In this document: in pieces, positions 31,991-42,738 of the stretch | Position numbering within the stretch: position 1 is the stretch's first letter | How the letters are laid out: every line of letters begins with the position of its first letter | IMG/VR virus record: IMGVR_UViG_3300047550_003482 | Coordinates: 26,420 to 90,419 of that record | Length of the DNA: 64,000 nt | Origin: a virus | Reading direction: 5' to 3' (one strand) | The notes under the pieces: model-generated | What the model was told of the DNA's origin: nothing | Databases searched by the model: none | The model's input: only the letters and a program-made list of their open reading frames with translations | Program-made: the position numbers and the translations under genes

Positions 31991-33328
31991 TTATTTATCT
32001 GTGCGAAAAGTTTTGAACCTAGGAAACCGTAGTGAGTAAGTTCCATCCATATTTTGCGTAACCGCATCTGCTAGAACCACAGCAGTTTGACCAATAACGC
32101 TACTACTGTCACTCCAAAAATTATCTCGATCATCGTCAGTAAAACCACTGCCCACATTGACGGTAATATGCTTTCCGTCTTCAAATCCTTCGCAAACCAG
32201 TGCTCCAAGTCGTCCAGCATTTTTTCCCGTACCCTCTTCTAGTCCAATGACCGTTAGGTCATAATCATGAACAGGCTTGTACTTCATCCAAAACGTATTA
32301 CGCTTTGCTTCATAAGGTGAATCAATGTCTTTGATCATCACACCTTCATAGCCTGCATTTACCATATCCTTACAATAGCGATTGAATTGATCTTTGCCTG
32401 CAGCAGTATCCATGTCAACCATGATATGTGACAGTAGCCTTACATTGGGCATTTGATCAATCACACTACGCATAGATTCTAGAATTTCAATACGATAGCT
32501 GAGAGACCTACGATATAGCCCATTACGGAAGTCTTCAAGCGGAACAATATCAAAAATATTGAACACACTATCATTAGCCTGCACATTTTCTTTACGTCGG
32601 GCTTGACGCATTAGTTCTTGGAACGTGTTGCCAGTGACTTCACCATCAAACACGAAGCCAGCTGCAAGTTGTTTAGCGATACTGGTCTTGTTAATCAGTG
32701 CTGTGAAATGTTTAACGATTTGGTTCTCAATGTCGGTAAAGTTTTCAAACACCTTGCCATTGCGACTATAGCTAACCACGGACACTTGATCGTCACCTGG
32801 AATAACTGTCATCAATACACGAACACCGTCAAGCTTGGGCTCAAGACGTTTGATACTTTTCATTTCAGGACGATTCTCACAATTGGTAGCAAGTTGGCAA
32901 CCAAAGATGGGAATCTCATAAACTGTATTCTTGCAAACCTTGTTGATAGTCTTATCACTGATGCCTGCTCGCATATCACGGCGTAGAACAGGTGCAAGAA
33001 AATGATTCCATTCGTTGCTATCAAAACGATATGAAATTTCTTCAATAGCGTCACGGGCAGCATTACCCGTTAGCTTTCGTTGTGAAAGATTGGTAAGTAG
33101 AGTGTTGAACTCTTGCCAAGGATTCTCAGCGTCAGTGATACCTACAGTATCATCAACCTTCTTAACACCAAATACCACGTATGGATTGTAGCAAGCCTTG
33201 AGTAGGCCCAAAAAGATTTGTGCCTTTGTATCTCCCAACTTACTGACAGTAAGTGCCTGCTTGAGAACATCTTCCTTATGCAGGCGGCTATCCGATTGAT
33301 TGAGTTTTTGAATCCAAGAATATGTCAT
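31991..33328 (-). CDS. ATP-dependent DNA ligase
   Basis: KLDGVR, SRNG, FDGE, FD, EGVMIK, W.KYK, VGSGF, SLRFPRF. Confidence 0.96.
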   Translation of the reverse strand: MTYSWIQKLNQSDSRLHKEDVLKQALTVSKLGDTKAQIFLGLLKACYNPYVVFGVKKVDDTVGITDAENPWQEFNTLLTNLSQRKLTGNAARDAIEEISYRFDSNEWNHFLAPVLRRDMRAGISDKTINKVCKNTVYEIPIFGCQLATNCENRPEMKSIKRLEPKLDGVRVLMTVIPGDDQVSVVSYSRNGKVFENFTDIENQIVKHFTALINKTSIAKQLAAGFVFDGEVTGNTFQELMRQARRKENVQANDSVFNIFDIVPLEDFRNGLYRRSLSYRIEILESMRSVIDQMPNVRLLSHIMVDMDTAAGKDQFNRYCKDMVNAGYEGVMIKDIDSPYEAKRNTFWMKYKPVHDYDLTVIGLEEGTGKNAGRLGALVCEGFEDGKHITVNVGSGFTDDDRDNFWSDSSSVIGQTAVVLADAVTQNMDGTYSLRFPRFKTFRTDK

Positions 33329-33338
33329 GATTTTTCCT

Positions 33339-34155
33339 TTACTTACGCATAATGTTTTGTAGTGCTTCTTGTGCAAGATCGGTATCAGTTTCCTTATCGT
33401 ATACTTCAGCCACCATCATATTATATACAATTTCTGCGTCTTTGCCGAAAACTTTAAGGATATAATTTACCTTTTCCATGTCTGTGGCTGTCCAAAGAAG
33501 ATCAGCAATCTTGAATTGAACTTCGTTTTGTAGTTTCAGATCCATTTTAAATTACCTTTGCCCTAGAAAGTTGTGTGCAATTTTCTCTGTGTGCCTTGAT
33601 GGTACCGGACACTTGAATGATTGTACCTAGATTGATAGGTTCTTTACGTGAGAAGAAAAAAACTTGATCTTTGTTGTTGATGCAAGTAATGAAGTAAACC
33701 TTAAAATTCACAGAAAACATGCATTTTAGCACTTCACTAGATTCAACAATTACCTTGGATCCAACATCACCCAGATAACCACCGTTTGCAAACGAAATGC
33801 GATTTTGTACTTCATTTTTCGCGGATTCACGTTGATATGTAGAAGGTAGAGGTGCTATGATACTGAGGTCGTAAATATAATTAGAACTTTCCTTGTACAC
33901 TAAATTGCTTACGACCTTTTCAAAACTATTGAGTTTTGAACCAGACAACACCTTATAGGTTAGTGATTGGAAATGATTCAGGACTTTTTGTGCAAGTTCT
34001 TGATCTTCTGTAGTAATGCTGTCCTTAGCATTTAGTAAATCAATCATTAGAGAACGATTGGGCTTTCGTTCATCAACCTGATATTTTACGTATTCCCCGT
34101 TAATACGTTGTGCAGCACAGGCTGCTGCAAAAATGTCAATGATTTTGTTTTCCAT
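33339..34155 (-). other. Hypothetical CDSs (33339-33545; 33547-34155 with OB-like C-terminus)
   Basis: ORF track with start adjusted. Confidence 0.65.
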
Positions 34156-34156
34156 T

Positions 34157-36892
34157 TTATTCAACAATGTAGGGCTTGTTCCACTTGCCGATGTTGATAT
34201 CAACATAGTAGGCAATATCAAAGTAATCCGTCATTGCGTCGCTACGATCATACCAACCAGCAGACTTCAGAGCCTTGAGAGCCTCGGTGATAAAATCCTT
34301 AGCCTTGCCATCGTAATGGTCTTGATACCAATACGTGTTGACGCTAGCATTGCCGCTAGTGTTGGGGGTGAAACCCCTGGACACTTGATAATGACTGGCA
34401 CTGCAAACACGATTGCTATTGCCAATGAAATCAATCTTACCCGACTTCAGAGTCAGGCAGATAGTCATATGATTGCGAACACTCAGCGAACCCTTGACGC
34501 CATACTTGGCAAGCACAGGCTTCAGAGCAGCAGAAATCTTGGACTTCATTTCTTGATTGACGTAAGCCATTTGTTTCTCCGTTTCGTTCACTGTCTAGAA
34601 AGACATTATATGTGTTTCGGGATTATTTGTCAAGCCACACGATAGATGATACCTTGCTTGGTCATCATCTTCACGATACCTTGTGTAGCCCAATCCTGTT
34701 CCAGAAGTGCAAGATTCTTGCGATCACGAACCCGACCTTCGTGAACCTTGACGCGGATCCACTTCTTGCAGTTGGTGATAGAAACCTCAGTGCATTGATA
34801 GACCATTTCCAGAGCCAACTTCATGCGTTCTGCCTTGACCTTTTGTTGGTCAGTAAACAGACTGGCATTTGCAATGCTACGCATACGTGCATCACGCGCG
34901 GCGAACCAAGCAAAATTACCAGCAGCCTTGTATTCGGTTTCTTGAATTTGCATCATTTGCTCCGTGTATCAACTGTCTAGAAAGACATTATATGACCAAA
35001 CGGATTTATTGTCAAATCACAGGTAAGCCATTTGCTTAGGAGACAGAGGACGAGCGAACTTGGGAGCCGGATCATTGATCCAGGACATGACTTGTTGACG
35101 CAGGCTCATACGGAATCCGCTGCGCAGGTTAGAAGTAATCAGACGCTTAACGCCTTCCCAGTAATCAGTACCGACCACCGCCTTCAGGCGCTCGACTTGG
35201 ACACGGGTCAGTCCAGCACGATGAGCAACCTCAGCGTCACGCTGACGAGCAGCACGACGGCCCAGAACCTCGCTACGCCGTTGCTTGTAAGCCATATAGG
35301 CATTGTATTCAGCACGAACTTCGGGATTAGCGTCCACCGAAGAATTGTAGCAAGGATAGGACCAACCACGAGTAGTGGCGAACATGATGTTGCGAGGAGA
35401 CTTGCTCACAGGATCCCACACGGTCATGTAGAAATCACTGTCATCATACATGTTCCGCTCCCAGTCCACCAGGCACAGACCTTGATGGGTCAAGTACAGA
35501 GTATCGCCTTGACGGTTGTCGTTCATGCCGTTGACGCCGGGCAGCGGGCAGTATTCACCCGCATGAAACTCGGTGCGCAGAGTGCGCTGACCGTTAGCGT
35601 AGTCATACGAAGAACCCATGTTGATAATAGCCATTTGCGTTTCCTTTGCGTTACTGCTTACTAGAAATACAGTATATCAAAGATGGGAATTATTGTCAAG
35701 CGTATTCAAACGCACCAGGCCGAAGCACATATCCAGCAGTACCATACTCCTCATCGATTGAATAGTACTTCAACACCACATGACTGCCGGAAGGCAGAAT
35801 GGTAGGGGCACTAAGGTCGCCGTAATACATGTAGTCCCTGAATTCAGGACGCAGGGCGATAGTATCAGTCATATAAGTTGCGGTCAGCATGATTTTAACC
35901 CACCAAACGAAGGATAGAACGGGCTTCAGCAATCAGGTCTTCGCGGCTGCTATTGCTGAGACTAAGTTGGCTGTAACGATACCAGTTTTGGTCAATGACC
36001 TTGACTTGAGCACCGGTGAAAATATCACCAAAAAACTCAAGCATGAAACGCGGCAGATTCATTTCCGACACCTTTCTTAACGTCAACAAAGACAGTATAA
36101 CAAGGGTTGGATTTTTTGTCAACCAACCCTACAATTATTTTTGCTCTCGTTCATACTTCCATACAAAGGAATCATATACTATCTTGATAATATATACGGT
36201 AACCCCGGCAATCACACCAAATCCAAAATATTTAGGATTAGCCCAAATAGTGTAAACTACCGCGGTTGCAAACAAAATACATCCTACTACTACGCCAAGT
36301 GTAGACAATGCTGCTTTAACTTTCACGTTCATTTTCAATACTCCTCTTCCAAATTACGTTCCCAGGCAATCAGTTCTTCTTCACCGCCATCCATTTGATA
36401 GGCTTCAGAACCATATGCAGGATGATATTCTTCCCAACGATCAAATGCAACAGGAAGCTTACCTGCTTTCAAACGTGCATTCAATGCCTTAGACATACGG
36501 ACTGCCGGCTCAAGACTTTCCTGCTCGGTAGATTCGGTGCGAACAAAAAGACGACGGCGAGAACCACGAGCATCCTTTGCGTAGATATAGCTGGCATGTC
36601 CATACTGATATCCACGCGGATTGTCGTAATCCGCCATTTCAGGATTTTGTCCGATAATGACGATCTCAGTGCTTGCGTAAAATTCAATAGGCTTCATGTT
36701 TGACACCTTTTTACTACAGTAAATGCAGTATACTACAAAAGGTATTTATTGTCAAATGTTCTGTTTCATGGACTCTTGAATTTCCAAAACCCATTGATGT
36801 GGGACGCCAAACCGATCACTGATCATTTGTGGACTGAAACCCTGTTCCAATAGGTCTTGAATGTCAAGGATTAGATCACGCAGCTTGCTCAT
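34157..36892 (-). other. Early one- or two-gene units, each behind its own promoter (34157-34570, 34630-34956, 35017-35634, 35696-about 35890, 35895-36062, 36135-36338, 36335-36706, 36752-36892)
   Basis: Promoters at 34605, 34987, 35671, 36094, 36727; GC-richer sequence. Confidence 0.75.
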
Positions 36893-37343
36893 TTGCAACT
36901 CCACTAAGACGACTTTGAATTTCAAGATAGAAAGTATGATACTTGGCCATACGTGCAATGTCCTTTTCAGTCACACCCTTAAGGCGCCTGATATCGGTGT
37001 TGTGCCTGAGGTCGGCACACTTGACCAACATAGCATCACGGCTGGCAAACACACCTTGCTTGTATTCTTCGTAGGTCTGACCCGGTTGCTTGGTCAATGC
37101 ACGGATGCCATTGATCACACGATCGGTCATGCCCGCATCACGAAGATCCTGATAGGTAACATCAGTATCTTCAACCACATCGTGACCCAGTGCAATGCAC
37201 ATAAGTTCTTCGTCAGTGGTCTTCAGGTAATGCATGACCTTCAAGGGATGCAAAATGTAGGGATTGCCACCGCGGTCAAACTGACCAGCATGTGCATTGG
37301 TCACCAGTACCAACATCTTGTCAAGCATTTGACCGCGCTTCAT
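36876..37343 (-). CDS. HD-domain (p)ppGpp-hydrolase-like protein (Mesh1/SpoT HD type)
   Basis: AH.GQ.DR.G.PYILHP..V, ALGHDVVEDT, VK.ADL.HN. Confidence 0.8.
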   Translation of the reverse strand: MKRGQMLDKMLVLVTNAHAGQFDRGGNPYILHPLKVMHYLKTTDEELMCIALGHDVVEDTDVTYQDLRDAGMTDRVINGIRALTKQPGQTYEEYKQGVFASRDAMLVKCADLRHNTDIRRLKGVTEKDIARMAKYHTFYLEIQSRLSGVANEQAA

Positions 37344-37353
37344 AGTATTCCTT

Positions 37354-37980
37354 TCAGGCAAATTCTTCATGGATTTCACGATCCATTTCTTGAGCGTCCA
37401 GCCAACGTTCATATTCAGCAGCATCCTCACGCTCACGCCGGCTGACAATGTTGAAGGCTTGAACAAGGCTGAAACCCTCGTTCAGCAGTTCGCCCATTTG
37501 AGTTTCAAATTCTTCTTGCGTGTAAAAGTTCATCATTTCAAACTCCTCGTTGCTGTTCACTAGAAATACAGTATAGCACTAGACCGATTTAGTGTCAACC
37601 CTTTTGTTCTTGGTTCAACGCGGTGCGAAGAGCATTCATCGCATCCGACACGATTTGGCTATTGTAGCCACGGGTTGCGCTAGTATTGTGACACATGTGT
37701 ACAAACGCCTCCAGTGCCTTCTCCAACGCACTCTTATCTACTAGAATCTTGCCCATTTTCAATCTCTTTATTGTTCACGTTCACCGTGAAGATGCTCGAT
37801 TCGAGCAGGCGTCAACCACTTGCCGCACTTCTTACACCGCAGCAGATTGGCCACTCCAAGAGTATCGATCCATGCTACCTTATCCTTGTTTTCAGGAATC
37901 AGGACACTAGGATGCCAACGAACAATGGCAACTGTATCATGACGACAAAAACGTTGGTTGAACCACTTGCGAATATTCAT
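37354..37980 (-). other. Small early hypothetical CDSs (37354-about 37536, about 37596-37757, 37768-37980)
   Basis: ORFs with SD; promoter 37570-37598. Confidence 0.6.
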
Positions 37981-37983
37981 GAT

Positions 37984-38295
37984 TTACTCCACCGCCCGTA
38001 GTTGATACTTTACACCTTCGATTTCAATAATTTTACCATTACAATTATTTTTCTTCATGCGATTGTTGAATTCCTCCTCTGTCAACTCTTTGCCATTGAG
38101 GAACCAACGTTTGTTCCCATAGGCATATTCAACAGCAGGCCCATCTTCACGATGACGTTCCCCATTGAGATACCAATATTTGTCCCCATTAGCATAATCA
38201 AGGGCAGGACCATCCTCTCGATGAGGTTCGCCTTTGAGGAACCAATGTTTGCTCCCGTTCTCATAGACCCTGACCTTATATTCTTTAAAATTCAT
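37984..38295 (-). CDS. HREDGPA-repeat (MORN-variant-like) protein
   Basis: Two HREDGPA..YA.G.K.W.LNG repeats. Confidence 0.75.
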   Translation of the reverse strand: MNFKEYKVRVYENGSKHWFLKGEPHREDGPALDYANGDKYWYLNGERHREDGPAVEYAYGNKRWFLNGKELTEEEFNNRMKKNNCNGKIIEIEGVKYQLRAVE

Positions 38296-38519
38296 GATTT
38301 ACTCCTTGTTGCTGTTCACTAGAAATACAGTATAGAACTAGACCGATTATTTGTCAATCCAAGAATAAAATTTATTTCCCCATGTACTAGGACGATACCA
38401 AACTTGCGGACACCAGCCAAAATATCGAGCAAGTTCAAATGCTTCTTCTTTGGTTTTGTCATGAAGCGTTAGTTCGGATTCGTTATTATTCCAAACGAAA
38501 CGCCAATCTTGCTTGATAT

Positions 38520-38990
38520 TCATTCTTCTTCCTCTTGGACTTCAATAGCAATTGCCTCAGTCAACGGGCGGAACTCAGAGTTATCGTGGTACGCAACATA
38601 CCATTGACCATCACGGCGCAGAATGTAATTATATTCCTCGAATTGGGCACTTTGACGATAGTCTTCGTAATTCTTAAACCGGCGAGCTTCAACACCGGTT
38701 TCACCACGATCACGACCGTAGAAGGTAGTGAAATCTCGCAGGCGGACCTGTTCAGCAAAATACTCATCAGTACCGAACTTGTGAGGATTATCAAAACTGT
38801 GTTGCACACCAATCTCCGGACCCAGCGAACTCATATCGCCCAGGTCAATCAACTCACGGAGCTTAAACGGATCCGAATAGTGTTTTTGCAGAATCTTACC
38901 GTTGAAACTGAGGTAACCGTCACTATGACAGTATACCTGCTGGACAGTACCGTCTGCGAATTCAAGGGCGATTGTTGAGCGAGTAGCCAT
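38520..38990 (-). CDS. Conserved early phage protein
   Basis: MATRSTIA..VYCH.DGY...G..L..HY...YGRDRGE. Confidence 0.8.
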   Translation of the reverse strand: MATRSTIALEFADGTVQQVYCHSDGYLSFNGKILQKHYSDPFKLRELIDLGDMSSLGPEIGVQHSFDNPHKFGTDEYFAEQVRLRDFTTFYGRDRGETGVEARRFKNYEDYRQSAQFEEYNYILRRDGQWYVAYHDNSEFRPLTEAIAIEVQEEEE

Positions 38991-39028
38991 TTATTTGTTC
39001 CTTTTCGTTCAGTAGAAATACAATACAA

Positions 39029-41290
39029 TTAGGCAGGAAACACTGCCGTAAAACTAGAACTTGACGTTCCGCCATAGTCCTCGCTATACCGGCTAAAATC
39101 GCCGGATGCACGAACATACAACCTGCGAACAGGCACATTGGGAATTTCATGCCGATAAGCAGGGGCAACACAATCCCGGCTCATCCAAGGACCAAAGATT
39201 TCAAGGTCTTGCTTATTGCGAAGAACCTCCTGAATATCACTGATATACCAGTCGCCACGAGTCCGATCGACCCAAGCCTGACAGGCCGAACGTGCTTCAG
39301 ATTCAGTGCTGAAAAACTTTGCGTACATGTTTTGCTCCAGTTCGTTCAGTAGAAATACAGTATAACAGAGTTGGGATTTATTGTCAATTATTGTTGTGCA
39401 TCACCTGTCTTGGGCACGATGTAGGCACTATCCAGGAGCAGTTGATATGCCAGCTTTTCGAGGTTCGTTGGGGGCTGTCCCAACTCTACTCGCATTGGCA
39501 TCCGCTCCAATTCGTCAACGCACTTCTGGACGAAATCAACATGCATTTCAATGCCCACACTATGGATAGGGCGAAGCAGTACAACAGGGGCAGTGCCCAT
39601 GGGTTGCAAGCGATTTCGCAGGATTTGGATGATATCTTCCATATACGCTCCTTACTGTTGGCTTTCTGGTGCTACGACCGCCCTTAAAACTATGGTACGA
39701 TGTTCAGAAACTCATTATTATATCCTATATTCGGTTTCAACTTTCAATACAATTTGAAATGGAATGTCGAGTATCAGTGCTACCTCTCTAGTAGTGTATC
39801 CACTGGACAACAGTTCCTTAATCTTTTCAGTCACAGTCATCAGTAGCACTCCTCAATTAATTTCTAACTTGAATACAGTATAACAGAGTTGGGATTTATT
39901 GTCAATTATTGTTGTGAATCACCAGCCTTAGGCACACTGTAGTCAACTACACAACCTGCCGGGATAGCACGGGTATGTGATATACCATGAGAATTCTTGA
40001 ATTGGATCAGGAGCATGCCGTTCTTGGCTTCGCCCTTGACCATACCAACACGACCCACATACTTGCGAACATAACGGTGCATTTTGCCGCTACGGCTCAT
40101 GAGGCTGACAACCCAAACGTATCGTCCTTGCCAAAGTGTTTCCTGATAGGTCATTTTGTTTACTCAATGCCCATAATAAGCATGGGAATATTACCAGACG
40201 GACCACGAAGTTCTACATCATTCAGAGGATGAGTAATATTTGGCAGAAAAGGATCATCAATCCGAACTTCTTCATCGGGGTCCAAAGTCTGAAGAATACG
40301 GATCAGTTCTTGAACTGTCATTTCTTTGCTCCTTACTTCTCAATACGAACACAAACAGCCGGTATAGTGACGCCAATCAAGCGTTTATCATGGGCTGCTT
40401 TGTATATTAACTGTGAGGCACGTTCACACTTTTCCTGTGTAGAAAATTCCGGACCAGTCGTAAAAGTAGAACCATTTGCCAACATGACCATGATCCAAAC
40501 TACAGTATTCATCATTTACTCCTTATTGCCTATATGTGTATTAGACGTTCAAATCAGCTTGGTGAGTGTACCGCACTTGAAAATTCCAAGCGTCCTTCTC
40601 GTGTTGAACCATTTGACCATGCTCTTCCCACTCATAGGTAACACCATAATCGGAAGTATGATCACTGGTTGCGCCGGGATACTTTCGGACGCTGACAATG
40701 GTGACCTTGATTTTACCTGAGCCAACCCAAACTTCGCCAACGTTGAAAGCAGGGCCAGTTGCCTTGTGAAACTTGATCTTGCCGTTCATTTCGTTTGCTC
40801 CTGTTTTCTAACTTGAATACAGTATAGCACTAGCCCGATTTATTGTCAAATTTAGTAATCCGCTACCAATTTGCCATCACTGTTAACCCAAACATAAAGG
40901 CGTCCGTCGTGCATTTCATTATCAACTGGATATCGAAAATTGTAGGCAAATTGACCACCATTGGTGATACCTACAAATTCTGCCAGTAGAACACGATCCT
41001 TGGGATGATTTTTACGAATCAATGATTCAAGGGTGGTAGAGTCCAACCACGAACATTTACGAAGTGTTTCAACAGTAATCATTTCATTCAACTCCAATTA
41101 ATTCATCCTTGCAACCTAGTAGACTACGAACCGTATCGTTGGACAGCCACTTGGGATCTCCACCGCCCGTAGGTAATACCAATATCCTGTAATGTACATT
41201 CTTCATCGTAGACAGTACTACATGAGCGCGGCCGTCTATGCGAAAGACCTTGGGAATTTCTTCATCACTGATCAACGTGTTATTCATCAT
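39029..41290 (-). other. Small early hypothetical CDSs (39029-39328, 39388-39642, 39906-40154, 40333-40515, 40541-40789, 40852-41097, 41084-41290)
   Basis: Promoters at 39359, 39877, 40821. Confidence 0.7.
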
Positions 41291-41493
41291 TCAACTCCGA
41301 AATGTTGTTTAAGCAAATTGGCTTGATCTATTGCCTTATATCCATGCGTAAAACGCCATGGACTGTTCTCTACGATGAGGGCGCACTCTTCTACAATCAA
41401 CTGGGCGAACTTTTTGAAAGTGGGATGAGGTTCAAAATCATCGCATTCGTAAATGCCGGCTTCGATCATAAGTTCCTTGATTCGTTCGTTCAT
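41287..41493 (-). CDS. MNERI family member
   Basis: MNERIKELM..FAQLIVEEC..LKQHFGVE. Confidence 0.8.
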   Translation of the reverse strand: MNERIKELMIEAGIYECDDFEPHPTFKKFAQLIVEECALIVENSPWRFTHGYKAIDQANLLKQHFGVE

Positions 41494-41735
41494 TCTCCAA
41501 CTCCGAAATCTCTTTTGATAGTTCGCTTACACTGTGCGGCACCTGAAGCGAATTCAGGCATATTGTGAAAATCACCTGCTCCCTGTACTGCACCACAGAT
41601 TAGCATACATTCCTTCACAACAGCCATGGCAAAGTTTTGCAGTGCTTGCTGGTCCATAATTGCACTTTTATCTCCATCGTTAAAATAGTCCCAAGCACCA
41701 GAAGTTTTTGCCAATTCGAAAATTCGTTGGTTCAT
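41490..41735 (-). CDS. MNERI family member
   Basis: MNQRIFELA..FAMAVVKEC..IKRDFGVGE. Confidence 0.8.
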   Translation of the reverse strand: MNQRIFELAKTSGAWDYFNDGDKSAIMDQQALQNFAMAVVKECMLICGAVQGAGDFHNMPEFASGAAQCKRTIKRDFGVGE

Positions 41736-41962
41736 CGCTCAACCCCGAAATGCTGCTTAATAACTCGACTGACTTCATAATCATCGTCGGAAGACAAACC
41801 AATTTTGTGTCTAAAATCAATACCGATACACTCCCGAACAATCAGTTCGGCGAACTTTTGATACCATTCCGCAGGAATATTCATACCTTCACTAAATGCT
41901 TCCTGATCCATTTCTTCAGTAGTCTGTTCAGCCAGTTCTTTAATAAATCGTTCGTTCATCAC
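41732..41962 (-). CDS. MNERI family member
   Basis: MNERFIKELAEQ..KFAELIVREC..IKQHFGVER. Confidence 0.8.
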   Translation of the reverse strand: MMNERFIKELAEQTTEEMDQEAFSEGMNIPAEWYQKFAELIVRECIGIDFRHKIGLSSDDDYEVSRVIKQHFGVER

Positions 41963-42180
41963 CGAATCTCCACGGGGTTGAGTTCAAACGTCATACCGTA
42001 GTCTTGATCTTTCCAAGTAACGAGAACATATGCTTCACGCACTGGTTCATACCGATATTCCAGACTCATGCCAGCGTAGTAGGGATCACTATTTTTCGCA
42101 CGGTTTTTCTTTTTCTCGGCCTCTTCTTTAGTCCAAAAAAGACCCTTACTTGTTTTGTAAACCTTTTTGATTTCCATCAT
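41959..42180 (-). CDS. Hypothetical protein inserted in the MNERI run
   Basis: Starts in the FGVE-stop ATGA overlap of the upstream member. Confidence 0.65.
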   Translation of the reverse strand: MMEIKKVYKTSKGLFWTKEEAEKKKNRAKNSDPYYAGMSLEYRYEPVREAYVLVTWKDQDYGMTFELNPVEIR

Positions 42181-42380
42181 TCAACTCCAAAATGTTCTTT
42201 CAATCTATCACCTAACAAAGTTTCAATCGTTGCGGTTTCACTAACAAAGTTAGCACATTCCCGCACGATCAACTCGGCTAATTTTTCTGGGTTAAACTCC
42301 CTGATATCAAAAGAGTTTCCGCTGGAACCATAAAATTTCATCCCAGCTTGTTTGTAAAGTTCACGAATTCGTTCGTTCAC
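42177..42380 (-). CDS. MNERI family member
   Basis: GTG start; MNERIRELY..LAELIVREC..LKEHFGVE. Confidence 0.8.
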   Translation of the reverse strand: MNERIRELYKQAGMKFYGSSGNSFDIREFNPEKLAELIVRECANFVSETATIETLLGDRLKEHFGVE

Positions 42381-42628
42381 GATTCAACTCCGAAATGTTC
42401 TCTGATGGCCAGGTTGTTGCTCATAATTCCGTCAGAATATGCCGGGTTAGTTGATTTCAACATATCTGCGGAATTATAACTTACTCTCAGGCATTCCTGT
42501 ACAATCAACTCGGCGAACTTTTCCAAATCTGCCGGAGTAATTACCGCAGTGTCAATTCCCAAATGTTGCAGGTGTGCTTCAAATTTAATTTGAGCCTGCT
42601 TAGCCAGTTGAAAGATTCGTTCGTTCAT
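42377..42628 (-). CDS. MNERI family member
   Basis: MNERIFQLA..DLEKFAELIVQEC..IREHFGVES. Confidence 0.8.
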   Translation of the reverse strand: MNERIFQLAKQAQIKFEAHLQHLGIDTAVITPADLEKFAELIVQECLRVSYNSADMLKSTNPAYSDGIMSNNLAIREHFGVES

Positions 42629-42692
42629 TTCAGACTCCCGTTATTGCTCACTAGAAATACAGTATAGCACTAGCCCGATTTGTTGTCAAGTT

Positions 42693-42723
42693 AAAAAAAA
42701 TACGGGACCTAAGCCCCGTATTT
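42693..42723 (-). terminator. Rho-independent terminator after NAMPT
   Basis: AAATACGGG/CCCGTATTT stem followed by long T-run on the minus strand. Confidence 0.85.
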
Positions 42724-42738
42724 CAATCTTACATAAAG

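Noticed and set aside
32618-40720. Long plus-strand ORFs (e.g. 34133-34645, 35032-35664, 36861-37445, 40136-40720)
   Set aside because: Antisense shadows of well-supported minus-strand genes in GC-richer DNA, with no motifs or RBS.
6666-42689. Dispersed ~40-bp repeats as CRISPR repeats or transposon ends
   Set aside because: They contain -35/-10 boxes at 17-bp spacing, are all co-oriented, precede SD and ATG, and are separated by whole genes; no transposase seen.
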